A stretch of 64,000 nt of DNA from Anaerolineae bacterium (GTDB taxonomy: Bacteria; Chloroflexota; Anaerolineae; Aggregatilineales; Ch27): the NCBI GenBank assembly GCA_034430555.1, contig DAOUEM010000362.1:1722-65721 (forward strand), given 5' to 3'. Shown in pieces: positions 9,217 through 18,461 of this stretch. How positions within the stretch are numbered: the first letter of the stretch is position 1; each line of letters begins with the position of its first letter. A model generated the notes under the pieces. That model made no database searches, was not told the origin of the DNA, and was given only the letters and a program-made list of their open reading frames with translations. The translations under genes were made by a program, and so were the position numbers.

Positions 9217-10194
9217 ATGGAATTCCTGACGCTGACCGCCGGCCTCGTCCTGCTGCTGATCGCCATCTGGCTGTGGCGGCGGACGCGGCGGCGCGTGACC
9301 CGGTTCGCCGTTGCCGTCCCGCTGACCGTGTTGGCGGTGATCGCCATCGTGGTGGGTGGGGTGCTCGTCTGGTACACCCACCGCCCGCTGCCACCGCCCG
9401 TCGACGCGTTGCCGCTGTTCCAGGGCATCACCTACACCCGCGAAGTCCACTCTGAGCCGCGCCCGCTGGTGATCCACGTGGTCGCCATCGACCTGACCGC
9501 GCCCGGCATCGGCTTCCTGGTCACGCCCGGCGACCCGGCAGGCGACCACCAACTGGCGGCCCGCACGACCTCACATTTTTTGCAGACCTCCGGTGTGCAG
9601 GTCGCCATCAACGGCGACTTTTACCGGCCCTGGTGGTACAACGGTCCCTGGGACTACTATCCCCACGACGGCGACCCGGTCAGCGTATATGGCGCGGCGG
9701 TCTCCGAGGGCGTGCGCTATTCGACGTCCGACGAAGTGTGGCGCTGGTCGCTGGCCCTTACCGCGGACAACCGGGCCAGCTTTGAAACCGGCGAGGCGGC
9801 GGGGTACAACGTGATCTCCGGCGACGTGATGATCCTGGTGGACGGCCAGGCGGTGGACCTTTCCGCCAACGTCTACCACCTGGACCCGCACCCGCGCACC
9901 GTCGTGGCGCTGGACCGGGCGCGCGAGACGCTGCTGCTGTTCGTGGTGGATGGCCGCCAGCCCAACTACAGCGAAGGCGTCACCTCCCCGGAGTTGGCCG
10001 CCATCGCCCTGGAGTACGGGGCCTGGGATGCCATCAACCTGGACGGCGGCGGCTCGTCGACGCTGGCCGTGCAGGGGCCGGACGGTGCGCCGCGCCTGCT
10101 CAACACGCCCATCGACATCGCCATCCCCGGCCAGGAGCGTCCGGTCGCCAACCACCTGGGCGTCTACGCCCTGCCGTTACCGGGCGACTCGTAG
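9217..10194 (+). CDS. Phosphodiester glycosidase (NAGPA/DUF2233-like) family protein, membrane-anchored
   Basis: N-terminal TM segment. 'INGDFY' and 'AINLDGGGSSTL' are typical of the phosphodiester glycosidase domain. Confidence 0.8.
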   Translation: MEFLTLTAGLVLLLIAIWLWRRTRRRVTRFAVAVPLTVLAVIAIVVGGVLVWYTHRPLPPPVDALPLFQGITYTREVHSEPRPLVIHVVAIDLTAPGIGFLVTPGDPAGDHQLAARTTSHFLQTSGVQVAINGDFYRPWWYNGPWDYYPHDGDPVSVYGAAVSEGVRYSTSDEVWRWSLALTADNRASFETGEAAGYNVISGDVMILVDGQAVDLSANVYHLDPHPRTVVALDRARETLLLFVVDGRQPNYSEGVTSPELAAIALEYGAWDAINLDGGGSSTLAVQGPDGAPRLLNTPIDIAIPGQERPVANHLGVYALPLPGDS

Positions 10195-10241
10195 GGGCCG
10201 GGTGCGCGGTGCCCCAAGAGGGTATAAGGAGGGACATTCAC

Positions 10242-10826
10242 ATGACGGCTCAGGCGCCCAATACGCTGGAGATAAACGGCCACACCTACGGCATCATCGC
10301 CACCGAGGGCGAAGGGCTGCTCACGCCGTCCGATTTTGGTATTCAGCCCGTGATGATGTCGACCGCCTGCTGGCGGGGCTACATCACCCACTACGCTATA
10401 GTGGACGGCGTCCTGACCCTGGTTGGTCTGCGTATGTGCGCCGAGGAAGACCAGTACAAGCCCATCGCCGGGATCGAGCCGACCATGGAGGTGTATGAGC
10501 CGGTCGAGGGCAAGCGCTATGCCGAGGCCGTCTACAGCGACCTGGCCATCCGGACCCACTTCAGCGGGGCGATGCTGGCCGGACGTGATTTTGTCGATGT
10601 CCTGTACCGCCACATGGCTTTTCAAAAACCGTGGGGATACCGCGTCCTGCTGGAAGTGGTCGTCGCCGATGGCCGCGTGGAACGGGTGCAGGATCACTCG
10701 GATGAGGCCAGGGGCATCCGGACGGTGATCGCGCAGATGGAGAACCCGCGCGATGTGATGGACTTCGAGCGCAAAATCGGGCAGGACCGTTTTCCCTACT
10801 TCGACCGCGATCTGGGCTTCACCTGA
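10242..10826 (+). CDS. Hypothetical protein
   Basis: ORF with AGGAGG 8 nt upstream of the ATG at 10242. No motif recognised. Confidence 0.55.
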   Translation: MTAQAPNTLEINGHTYGIIATEGEGLLTPSDFGIQPVMMSTACWRGYITHYAIVDGVLTLVGLRMCAEEDQYKPIAGIEPTMEVYEPVEGKRYAEAVYSDLAIRTHFSGAMLAGRDFVDVLYRHMAFQKPWGYRVLLEVVVADGRVERVQDHSDEARGIRTVIAQMENPRDVMDFERKIGQDRFPYFDRDLGFT

Positions 10827-10860
10827 GAGGGCGAGTTGGTTGGCGGTACGTACTGAGTGG

Positions 10861-12108
10861 CTAAGCCATTCCCGCCAGCCGGAGTACGGTGTGCAGCATC
10901 ACGTCCCCCGCGTTGACTACGTCCGCGTCGCGCGTGTACTCCGCCGGGTTGTGGCTCACCCCGTCCACCGACGGCACGAAAAACATCCCGCTGGGCGTGA
11001 GCGCGCTCAAACTCATCGTATCGTGCCCGGCAAAGCTCATCAGCCGCGTGTGACTCAGGTCCAGCGACTCCGCCGCGCCCTCGATGGCGGCCATCACGCC
11101 CGCGTCCATCGGGGCCGGTGTGACGCCCCCCGCGCTCTCGATGTCCAGCGCCAGGTCGAATTCGGCAACGGTCTCCTCCGCCAGCGCGAACAGCGCCGCC
11201 CCCATCGCATCGAGCTGTTCCGACGACCCGTGCCGGAACTCCAGGGCCAGCCGGACCTGCCCCGGCACGATGTTAAACGCCCCCGGCCCGACCGCCAGCT
11301 TGCCGCAGTTGACCGTGCCCGGCAGGAAGTCGGCCAGCACCCGCTCCCTGGCCCGTCCCACGAAGGCCGCCGCGCCCCACAGCGCGTCACGCCGGCCGGG
11401 GACCGGCCTGGTGCCGGCGTGCGCCGCCTCCCCGCGGAAGGTCAGCCAGTAGTCGCGGATGCCCACGATGCCGGTCACCACGCCGATGTCGAGGCCGGCG
11501 TTTTCCAGCCGTGTGCCCTGCTCGATGTGCACCTCCACGTAGCCGGCCAGCGATGCCGGGTCGCGACGGGCGCCCAGGATGCTTTCCGGTGTCAGGCCCG
11601 CCCGGTCCAGCCCGGCCCGGAAGACGTCGGGCGGCGTGTGCGGATGGTGAATGTCCGCCTGGGTGAGCTGTCCGGCCAGGGCGCGGCTGCCCAGCAGGCT
11701 GATGTGCGTGCCCTCCTCGTCGGTGAAGCTGATGACTTCCAGGTGCACGGGTGGCGCGAAACCCGCCTCCTTGATCACGCGCAGGGCTTCCAGCGCGGCC
11801 AGCGCCCCCAGCGCCCCGTCGAAGGCTCCCCCGTCGACCACCGTGTCCAGGTGGGAGCCGAAGAGCAGGGTGGGTGCGTTCGGGTCGGCGGCGGGTAGGA
11901 CGGCGGACTGGTTGCCCGCGCCATCCACCCGGTAGATGAACCCGTCTGCCTCGACGCGCTGTTGGAACCACGTCCGCGCGGCCATGTCGGCTTCGGACAG
12001 CGCCGGGCGCGAGACCCCGCCCCCCTCCACGCCCTCCGGGGCGCCGATGGCGGCCAGGGCGGCCATATCGTCCAGCAGGCGTTGGGCGTTGACAGTCGTT
12101 GGGGGCAT
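10861..12108 (-). CDS. M20-family Zn-dependent amidohydrolase (allantoate amidohydrolase / N-carbamoyl-L-amino-acid hydrolase type)
   Basis: 'GSHLDTVVDGGAFDGALGALAALEAL', 'FTDEEG' and 'SFAGHD' motifs are characteristic of the hydantoinase/carbamoylase amidase family. Confidence 0.85.
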   Translation of the reverse strand: MPPTTVNAQRLLDDMAALAAIGAPEGVEGGGVSRPALSEADMAARTWFQQRVEADGFIYRVDGAGNQSAVLPAADPNAPTLLFGSHLDTVVDGGAFDGALGALAALEALRVIKEAGFAPPVHLEVISFTDEEGTHISLLGSRALAGQLTQADIHHPHTPPDVFRAGLDRAGLTPESILGARRDPASLAGYVEVHIEQGTRLENAGLDIGVVTGIVGIRDYWLTFRGEAAHAGTRPVPGRRDALWGAAAFVGRARERVLADFLPGTVNCGKLAVGPGAFNIVPGQVRLALEFRHGSSEQLDAMGAALFALAEETVAEFDLALDIESAGGVTPAPMDAGVMAAIEGAAESLDLSHTRLMSFAGHDTMSLSALTPSGMFFVPSVDGVSHNPAEYTRDADVVNAGDVMLHTVLRLAGMA

Positions 12109-12235
12109 CTTATTCTCGTCTTCCAGGGCAGAGTCGGCACACGATGTTGATTATGCCGTTTCCGTCTGATTCTGTCATGTGGGCAAAAAAACCTGTTCTC
12201 GCATCGCCCGGCGGGGTATACTGGCGGGTCGTACG

Positions 12236-12244
12236 TGCTATATT
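12236..12244 (+). promoter_or_regulatory. Extended -10 promoter-like element (TGcTATATT) upstream of ychF
   Basis: TG-n-TATATT lies 32 nt before the ATG at 12276, and a GAGGA RBS follows it. Confidence 0.35.
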
Positions 12245-12275
12245 AAAAACATCAACAACGAGGACTCAAATCCCC

Positions 12276-13358
12276 ATGCGATTAGGCATTATCGGTCTGC
12301 CGCAAAGCGGCAAAACCACGATCTTTAACGCGCTGACCGGGCAGAATCTACCCACCGGCTTCGGCGCTTCCGGGCAGATGGAAGTCCACACCGCCGTCGT
12401 GCCCGTGCCCGACGACCGCGTCGATTTCCTGAGCGGCATCTACCAACCCAAAAAGACCACCTACGCCACCGTGACCTTCAAGGACATCGGCGGGCTGGAC
12501 AGCGGCGTGGGCGAGGGCGGCCTGAGCGGTCCGCTGCGCAACGAGCTCACCCAGGTGGATGGTTTCGTGCACGTGACCCGTGTCTTCGCGGATGACAACG
12601 TGCCCCATCCCCTGGAAACCATCGACCCCCAGCGCGACCTCGACACCATGGAGAGCGAGTTCCTGCTGCTGGACCTGATCGCCGTCGAGAACCGGCTGGC
12701 CCGCCTCAAAGAGGAATGGACCAAGGGCAAGATGGAAAACCGCCGCTTTAACGAAATGGAAACGGCGGTGATGGAGCGGCTCCAGGCCCAGTTGGAGGCC
12801 GGCCAGCCCGTGCGCGCCCTGGACGATCTCACCCCGGACGACCTGAAGATGATGCGCGGTTACGGCCTGCTGACCCTCAAGCCCCAGTTGGTGCTGCTCA
12901 ACACCGGCGACGAGGCGGTCACGCCGGAATCGCAGGTGTCCGTCGTTGGGGCGCGGACGGCGCTGGCCGCCCTGCAAGGGGCCATCGAGGCCGAGATCGC
13001 GCAGCTTTCGCCGGCGGACCGCGCTGACTTCCTGGTCGAGTATAATATCGAGGAGCCGGGCGCGTCCCGCGTGATCCGCCTCAGCTACGACCTGCTGGGC
13101 ATCCAGTCCTTCTTCACCATCGGCGGCGACGAGGTGCGGGCCTGGAGCCTGCCGCGCGGGGGCACGGCGGTGGACGCCGCCGGGACGGTCCATACCGACC
13201 TGGCGCGGGGCTTCATCCGGGCGGAGGTGATGACCATTGATGATCTAAAGGAGCTGGGCGACGAGAAGGCGGTCAAAGCGGCGGGCCGCCAGCGCCTGGA
13301 AGGCAAAACCTACCTCGTGCAAGATGGCGACGTGATCACCATACGCTTCAACGTCTGA
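12276..13358 (+). CDS. ychF: Redox-regulated ATPase YchF (Obg-like GTPase family)
   Basis: 'GIIGLPQSGKTTIFNALT' P-loop, 'DIGGL' G3 motif, and a C-terminal TGS-like 'LVQDGDVITIRFNV'. The ORF track start at 12099 is too far upstream. Confidence 0.9.
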   Translation: MRLGIIGLPQSGKTTIFNALTGQNLPTGFGASGQMEVHTAVVPVPDDRVDFLSGIYQPKKTTYATVTFKDIGGLDSGVGEGGLSGPLRNELTQVDGFVHVTRVFADDNVPHPLETIDPQRDLDTMESEFLLLDLIAVENRLARLKEEWTKGKMENRRFNEMETAVMERLQAQLEAGQPVRALDDLTPDDLKMMRGYGLLTLKPQLVLLNTGDEAVTPESQVSVVGARTALAALQGAIEAEIAQLSPADRADFLVEYNIEEPGASRVIRLSYDLLGIQSFFTIGGDEVRAWSLPRGGTAVDAAGTVHTDLARGFIRAEVMTIDDLKELGDEKAVKAAGRQRLEGKTYLVQDGDVITIRFNV

Positions 13359-13393
13359 CGCCGCCGGAGGCTTTCCCCGAGGAGGCAGTTCCC

Positions 13394-13645
13394 ATGAGCG
13401 ACGACGACATCCGCGTGACTCCCTGGGATGGTGCCGATCCGCCGACCGAGGCCGCCCTGCTGCGCCGGTATGCGGCCGAGGGTATGAGTCCCTGTACGTG
13501 GTCCAACGGGCCGGGTGACGTGTACGCCCCGCACAGCCACGGTTATCGATTCGTGACCGTGTCGGAGCTTCTGGCCTTGAACTGAGAGCGATGGACCACT
13601 GTCGGGCCGGGGGACCTGGTTTGCCTGGAAGCCCACCGGCGCTGA
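13394..13645 (+). pseudogene. Degraded cupin-family gene (in-frame TGA plus apparent internal deletion)
   Basis: 'SNGPGDVYAPHSHGY...' and a terminal 'VGPGDLVCLEAHRR*' resemble the two ends of a roughly 110-aa cupin. The middle is missing and an in-frame TGA sits at 13583-13585. Confidence 0.5.
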
Positions 13646-13670
13646 TCGATCCCTGGAAGGTGGAGGACGC

Positions 13671-15029
13671 ATGTCTGACGAACTCAACGCCACGCTGAAC
13701 TTCCCGCCCGGCTTTTTGTGGGGCACGGCCACCGCCGCTCACCAGGTCGAGGGCGGCAACCACAACAGTTGGACCGCCTGGGAGAACCTGGGCGGCGGGC
13801 GCGTCTACGGCGACCACGTCAGCGGGGCGGCCTGCGACTGGTGGAACGGGCGCGCCGAGCAAGACTTCGACCGGGCCGCTTCCCTGAACAACAACGCCCT
13901 GCGTCTCTCCGTGGAATGGAGCCGCATCGAGCCGGAGCCGGGCCGCTGGGACCCGGACGCCCTCGACCGCTACCGCCAGATGATCCTGGCCCTGCGGGCG
14001 CGCGGCCTGGCGCCGATGGTCACGCTGCACCACTTCACCAATCCCCTCTGGTTGGAGGAGCGCGGCGGCTGGCTGGACGACGAGACGCCAGAGCGCTTTG
14101 GGCGCTACGCGGCCAGGGTGGCCGACGTCCTGGGCGAGCACGTCGACCTGTGGTGCACCATCAACGAGCCGGTCGTCTACAGCACGGTCAGTTACCTGCA
14201 GGGCAAGTGGCCGCCCGGTCAAGCGGATTTCGGCCAGGTGATGGCCCTGTTCGGCCAACTGGCGCGGGGCCATGCCGCCGCCTATCACGCCATCAAAGCG
14301 ATCCGGCCGGCGGCGCAGGTCGGGCTGGCCAAGCACCAGATCAGCTTCCGCCCCGGCACGCCGCTGCTGGGCCATGGGGGCGTTTGGCTCCTGCACCGCC
14401 TGTTTAACGAGACCTTTTTTGGCCCCATGACCCACGGCTGGCTGAAGTTCCCGTTCCAGCGCGCCGTGCCGATCCCCCAGGCGCGCGATACGCTGGACTG
14501 GGTCGGCCTGCAATACTACAATCGCTACACCGTTTGCTTCAAGCCCTCCCAGCCGAAGATGCTCTTGTTTGATACCTGCGCCCGCCCGGACGTGCCGCAC
14601 GGTCCCGGCGAGTGGGGGGAGCTGGCCCCAGAGGAGAGCCTGCCGCGGATCCGCCACCTCTATAAGCTGGTGCGCTGCCCGGTCTACGTCACCGAGATGG
14701 GCGTGCCCGACAGCGACGACAGCATCCGGCCCGGCTACCTGGCCCGCACCCTGCGCGCGGTGTGGAAGGCCTGCATGCACAGCTACCCGGTCAAGGGCTT
14801 TTTCCACTGGAGCCTGGTGGACAACTTCGAGTGGGCGGAGGGTTACGACCCGCGCTACCGCTTTGGGCTGTTCGGGGTGGATTTTGCCACGCAGGCGCGG
14901 ACCGAGCGTCGCAGCGCCCGCCTCTACCGCGCCGTGTGCGCGGCCAACGCCCTGAGCGCCGCCATCGTCCGCGAGCACGCCCCGGAAGCCCTGGCGGAGA
15001 CCTTCCCCGCGCCGCGCGCGCAGTTCTGA
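13671..15029 (+). CDS. Glycoside hydrolase family 1 beta-glucosidase
   Basis: 'FLWGTATAAHQVEGG' N-terminal signature, acid/base 'TINEP', and nucleophile region 'YVTEMG'. Confidence 0.9.
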   Translation: MSDELNATLNFPPGFLWGTATAAHQVEGGNHNSWTAWENLGGGRVYGDHVSGAACDWWNGRAEQDFDRAASLNNNALRLSVEWSRIEPEPGRWDPDALDRYRQMILALRARGLAPMVTLHHFTNPLWLEERGGWLDDETPERFGRYAARVADVLGEHVDLWCTINEPVVYSTVSYLQGKWPPGQADFGQVMALFGQLARGHAAAYHAIKAIRPAAQVGLAKHQISFRPGTPLLGHGGVWLLHRLFNETFFGPMTHGWLKFPFQRAVPIPQARDTLDWVGLQYYNRYTVCFKPSQPKMLLFDTCARPDVPHGPGEWGELAPEESLPRIRHLYKLVRCPVYVTEMGVPDSDDSIRPGYLARTLRAVWKACMHSYPVKGFFHWSLVDNFEWAEGYDPRYRFGLFGVDFATQARTERRSARLYRAVCAANALSAAIVREHAPEALAETFPAPRAQF

Positions 15030-15089
15030 TTGCCCTCGCCCCGGCGGCCTTGCTATACTGCGAGCGTACCGGAGATTGAGGGGGATTGC

Positions 15090-16886
15090 ATGAAACGGAT
15101 TGCTGCACTTATCCTGGTTTTTCTCGTGTGTGGGGCCGCGTCTGGCCCTTCGCTGGTGATGGCCCAGGGTGATGGCGAGACCTGCCCGGCCCTCGTCGAT
15201 TCAGCGCTGGCGTTGACCGCTGATTCCTGCGCGGCGGCTGGGCGCAACGAGGCCTGTTACGGGCACAGCCAGGTTGAGTGGCAGCCGCAGCCCGATGCGG
15301 AAGGCCTGGTATTCGAGCAAGCCGGGGACATCGTCGACGTGGCCGGGCTGGCCAGCTTGCGTACGTCGGCGCTGGACGTGGCGGCGGAGACCTGGGGTAT
15401 TGCCCTGCTGCGCCTGCAAGCCGACCTGCCCGACTCCCTGCCTGGGCAGAGACCGCTGCCCGGTCAGAACGTGACGATGCTGCTTTTTGGCGATGTGGCC
15501 CTGGCCGATGCCGGCGGATCGGCCCCGCTTGTCGACACGGTGGAAGCGGCGGCCACGACGGGCGTCAACATCCGCGCCCTGCCGATGACCTCGGCCCCGG
15601 TCCTGGGATCGCTGCGGGCCGGCGAAACGGTCAGCGTCGACGGCCGGCTGGCCGATTCGAGCTGGGTGCGCGTGCGCCTGGCCGGTGATGAGGTCGGGTG
15701 GGTCGCCGCGCCGTTCCTGGTCGGCGACTTCGACTTGGCAGACCTGCCGACTCTCAGCGGCGATAGTGAGTCTGGGGAACAGGCCGGCCCAATGCAAGCC
15801 TTCACCTTCACGACCGGCTTTGGGGCCGTTCCTTGCGCTGCCGCGCCGCCCGACGGCCTGCTGCTGCAGACGCCCACCGGGCAGCGGGTGACCCTGCGCG
15901 TGAACGGCATCCGGCTGACGCTTGGCTCTACGGCGTTTTTGCAGGCGGAAGCCGGCGGCGACATGGTGGTGAGTGTGGTGGAAGGCCAGGCAGCCCTGGC
16001 CGCGTTCGGCGTGGCGCAGACTGTGCCGGAAGGTGCGTATGCCACCGTGCCCTTGGACGATGATGGGCTGGCTTCCGGCCCACCCGCCGCTCCAGCGCCG
16101 TATGACGAGGCGGCCCTGTCGGCCCTGCCGGTGGGGAACCTGGATCGGACTATCGTCGTCGCCCCCGCCTGGGACGGGGAGCCGGTCGCCGCCGCCGAAG
16201 AAACGATCGCCGGGCCGGATACGGCGGAGACTCAAGAACCGGCGGTATCTGACCCGCTGGCCTCGGTTGGCGCGGACGATCCATGCATGGTGGGGGCGGG
16301 GCCCAGCAACGTCAACCTGCGCAGCGGGCCGGGCACGAACTACCCGGTGCAGGGACAGCTTGGCGCGGGGCAAACGGCCAGCCCTGATGGTCAGGCGGTG
16401 GGCGCGGATAACATGACGTGGTGGCGGTTGGCTGATGGCACCTGGATCCGCTCGGACGTGGTGGGATCGGCGGGGGCCTGCCCGGCGCTGCCGGTGGTGA
16501 CGGATGGCCTGCCGCCTCCGCCCGCGCCACCGTCCTCAGGCGGGGGGACGGAAACCGTGCGGGTGCATATAGCCCCCGACTTCTGCGAAGTTTACGGCGA
16601 GCTTCGGCCCGGCGTGCGTGTCCAGTTGGAGGCGGGGTCCGGTTGCAGCCCTACTGCTGAACGCCGGGCCGCCGTGACCGCCGCCAACATGCCCGGCTTT
16701 TACGTGGATGGCGTGCCTGTTGGTGGCGTGTTCTATGAATCTGAGGTGTACGGCTTGGTTAGCCAGTGTTACACTATGGAGACACATGCCTACTGGATCG
16801 CCACACCCGGCACGCATGGTTTTACCCAGGATGGTCGGCTGACCGATGGCGATATGACGACCTGCCTGTTCACCGTACCGGAATGA
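15090..16886 (+). CDS. Secreted Cys-motif / SH3b-like / FecR-like domain protein (paralogue 1 of 3)
   Basis: Signal peptide 'MKRIAALILVFLVCGAASGPSLVMAQ'. Shares blocks with the next two genes: 'CPALV..C...GRNEACYGH', 'TWGIALLRLQADLPDSLPGQ' and 'STAFLQAEAGGDMVVS'. SH3b-like 'VNIRALP...DGRLADSSWVRVRL'. Confidence 0.7.
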   Translation: MKRIAALILVFLVCGAASGPSLVMAQGDGETCPALVDSALALTADSCAAAGRNEACYGHSQVEWQPQPDAEGLVFEQAGDIVDVAGLASLRTSALDVAAETWGIALLRLQADLPDSLPGQRPLPGQNVTMLLFGDVALADAGGSAPLVDTVEAAATTGVNIRALPMTSAPVLGSLRAGETVSVDGRLADSSWVRVRLAGDEVGWVAAPFLVGDFDLADLPTLSGDSESGEQAGPMQAFTFTTGFGAVPCAAAPPDGLLLQTPTGQRVTLRVNGIRLTLGSTAFLQAEAGGDMVVSVVEGQAALAAFGVAQTVPEGAYATVPLDDDGLASGPPAAPAPYDEAALSALPVGNLDRTIVVAPAWDGEPVAAAEETIAGPDTAETQEPAVSDPLASVGADDPCMVGAGPSNVNLRSGPGTNYPVQGQLGAGQTASPDGQAVGADNMTWWRLADGTWIRSDVVGSAGACPALPVVTDGLPPPPAPPSSGGGTETVRVHIAPDFCEVYGELRPGVRVQLEAGSGCSPTAERRAAVTAANMPGFYVDGVPVGGVFYESEVYGLVSQCYTMETHAYWIATPGTHGFTQDGRLTDGDMTTCLFTVPE

Positions 16887-16917
16887 TGTGGCATGCTGCC
16901 GTACAATCAGGTTAGGG

Positions 16918-18357
16918 ATGGAAGAAGGCATGGTCATTCGACGGTTCCTATTGCTGGGCCTGCTGTGGACGCTGGTCGCCGGGGCGCTGCCGGCGCTGGC
17001 CCAGGGCGATCCCGATGTCTGCCCGGCCATCATGACGGCGGCGCTGGAGTCGACCGGCGATTTGTGCGCGTCGACAGTCCGCGGCGAGGTGTGTGTCGGC
17101 CATCCAACCGTCGTGGCGGACCTCTTCGCCCGGGCGGAGGATGCGGGCGCGGTCTTCGCCAGGCCGGGCGACCGGGCCTCGGCGGCGGCTTTCCAGCGCC
17201 TGCAAGCCGCGGCCCTGGACCCTGACGCCGGCACGTGGGGGGTGGTCCTGGCGCGGCTGGGGGCCGGTCTACCGGAGTCGCCCGCCGACCTCTACCTGAC
17301 CCTGCTGCTGCTGGGCGGCGTGGACCTCGTGCCGGGCGTGCCGCCGCCCCCGCTCTTCGGCCTGACGCCCGCCGGGACGGTCAACGTGCGGCGCGGCCCT
17401 TCCACCCGCGACCCGATCGTCGGGCAGTTCACGCCGGGCCAGAACATAGTCACCGATGGGCGGCTGGCCGACTCGTCCTGGCTGCGCATCCGCTGGGAAG
17501 AAAGCCACGCCTGGGTTTTTGCCGAGCTGGTGCGGCCCCAGGGCGATGTCGCCGGGCTGGACGTGATCGATCCCCATGAGCCGCCGCTGGTCTACGGGCC
17601 GCTGCAGGCTTTTTCCCTGGCGGCGGAGCCTGGTAACCCGGCCTGCCCGGGGATCCCGCCGGGCGGCCTGCTGGCGCAGACGCCGGACGGCGCGGGCGAG
17701 GTCACGCTGCTGATCAACCAGGCCTGGCTGCACATCGCCGGCACTGCCTGGCTCCGAGCCGAACCAGGGTTGATGCGCGTGTGCGCGGTGGCGGGCGGCA
17801 TCCGGCTGCAAACGCGCCCGGGGGATGCTTTTGCCCTGGCGGGGTCGTGTATCTCGCTGCCGCTCGACGATACACCCGCGCCGGCCGCTGCCCCCGACCC
17901 GGCGGAGCCGTTCGAGGCGACTCCCTTAGCGCCCGCCCTGGCCCTGCTGCCGGCAGTGGTCCCGGTCCCCCCGCCGCTGACCGACGACGCCATCGCCGCG
18001 CTGGCCGTGATCCCGCCCTCCGGCGTATGGCAGGCCGTCTATGATACGGCCGCGTTGAGCTGCCCCAGCGGCTTCGGCGGCCCGGTCGACGTGTCCGCGT
18101 CGAACGGGCCGCGTGATATCACTTTCTTGCCGGGTGGGGGACGGGCCGAGCTGACCGAGCCTGAGACCCGCCAGCCGCTGATCTTCGCCCGCACCGCGCC
18201 GGACGTTTTCAGCGCCGCCACCGCCGGGGATGACGGTACTATCGAAGTGGTGACCTGGCGCATCGCCGCCCCGGATCGCCTGGAGGGACTGTCGGTGCTC
18301 ACTTTCCCGGATGACTGCGTGGTAGAGGCGCCCTTTGTCTTGACCCTGGACCGGTAG
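16918..18357 (+). CDS. Secreted Cys-motif / SH3b-like domain protein (paralogue 2 of 3)
   Basis: Signal peptide 'RRFLLLGLLWTLVAGALPALAQ', 'CPAIM...C....GEVCVGH', and SH3b-like 'VNVRRGP...DGRLADSSWLRIRW'. Start ambiguous (16918 or 16930). Confidence 0.65.
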   Translation: MEEGMVIRRFLLLGLLWTLVAGALPALAQGDPDVCPAIMTAALESTGDLCASTVRGEVCVGHPTVVADLFARAEDAGAVFARPGDRASAAAFQRLQAAALDPDAGTWGVVLARLGAGLPESPADLYLTLLLLGGVDLVPGVPPPPLFGLTPAGTVNVRRGPSTRDPIVGQFTPGQNIVTDGRLADSSWLRIRWEESHAWVFAELVRPQGDVAGLDVIDPHEPPLVYGPLQAFSLAAEPGNPACPGIPPGGLLAQTPDGAGEVTLLINQAWLHIAGTAWLRAEPGLMRVCAVAGGIRLQTRPGDAFALAGSCISLPLDDTPAPAAAPDPAEPFEATPLAPALALLPAVVPVPPPLTDDAIAALAVIPPSGVWQAVYDTAALSCPSGFGGPVDVSASNGPRDITFLPGGGRAELTEPETRQPLIFARTAPDVFSAATAGDDGTIEVVTWRIAAPDRLEGLSVLTFPDDCVVEAPFVLTLDR

Positions 18358-18461
18358 CCCTCGACGTTTCACCGCTCAGAGCGCGTGAGTCCCACCTGCC
18401 AAAAGCGGCCAATTTGTGTACACTCCGGACAAAGACTATCTGGTTATTTTGAGGTGGGATA

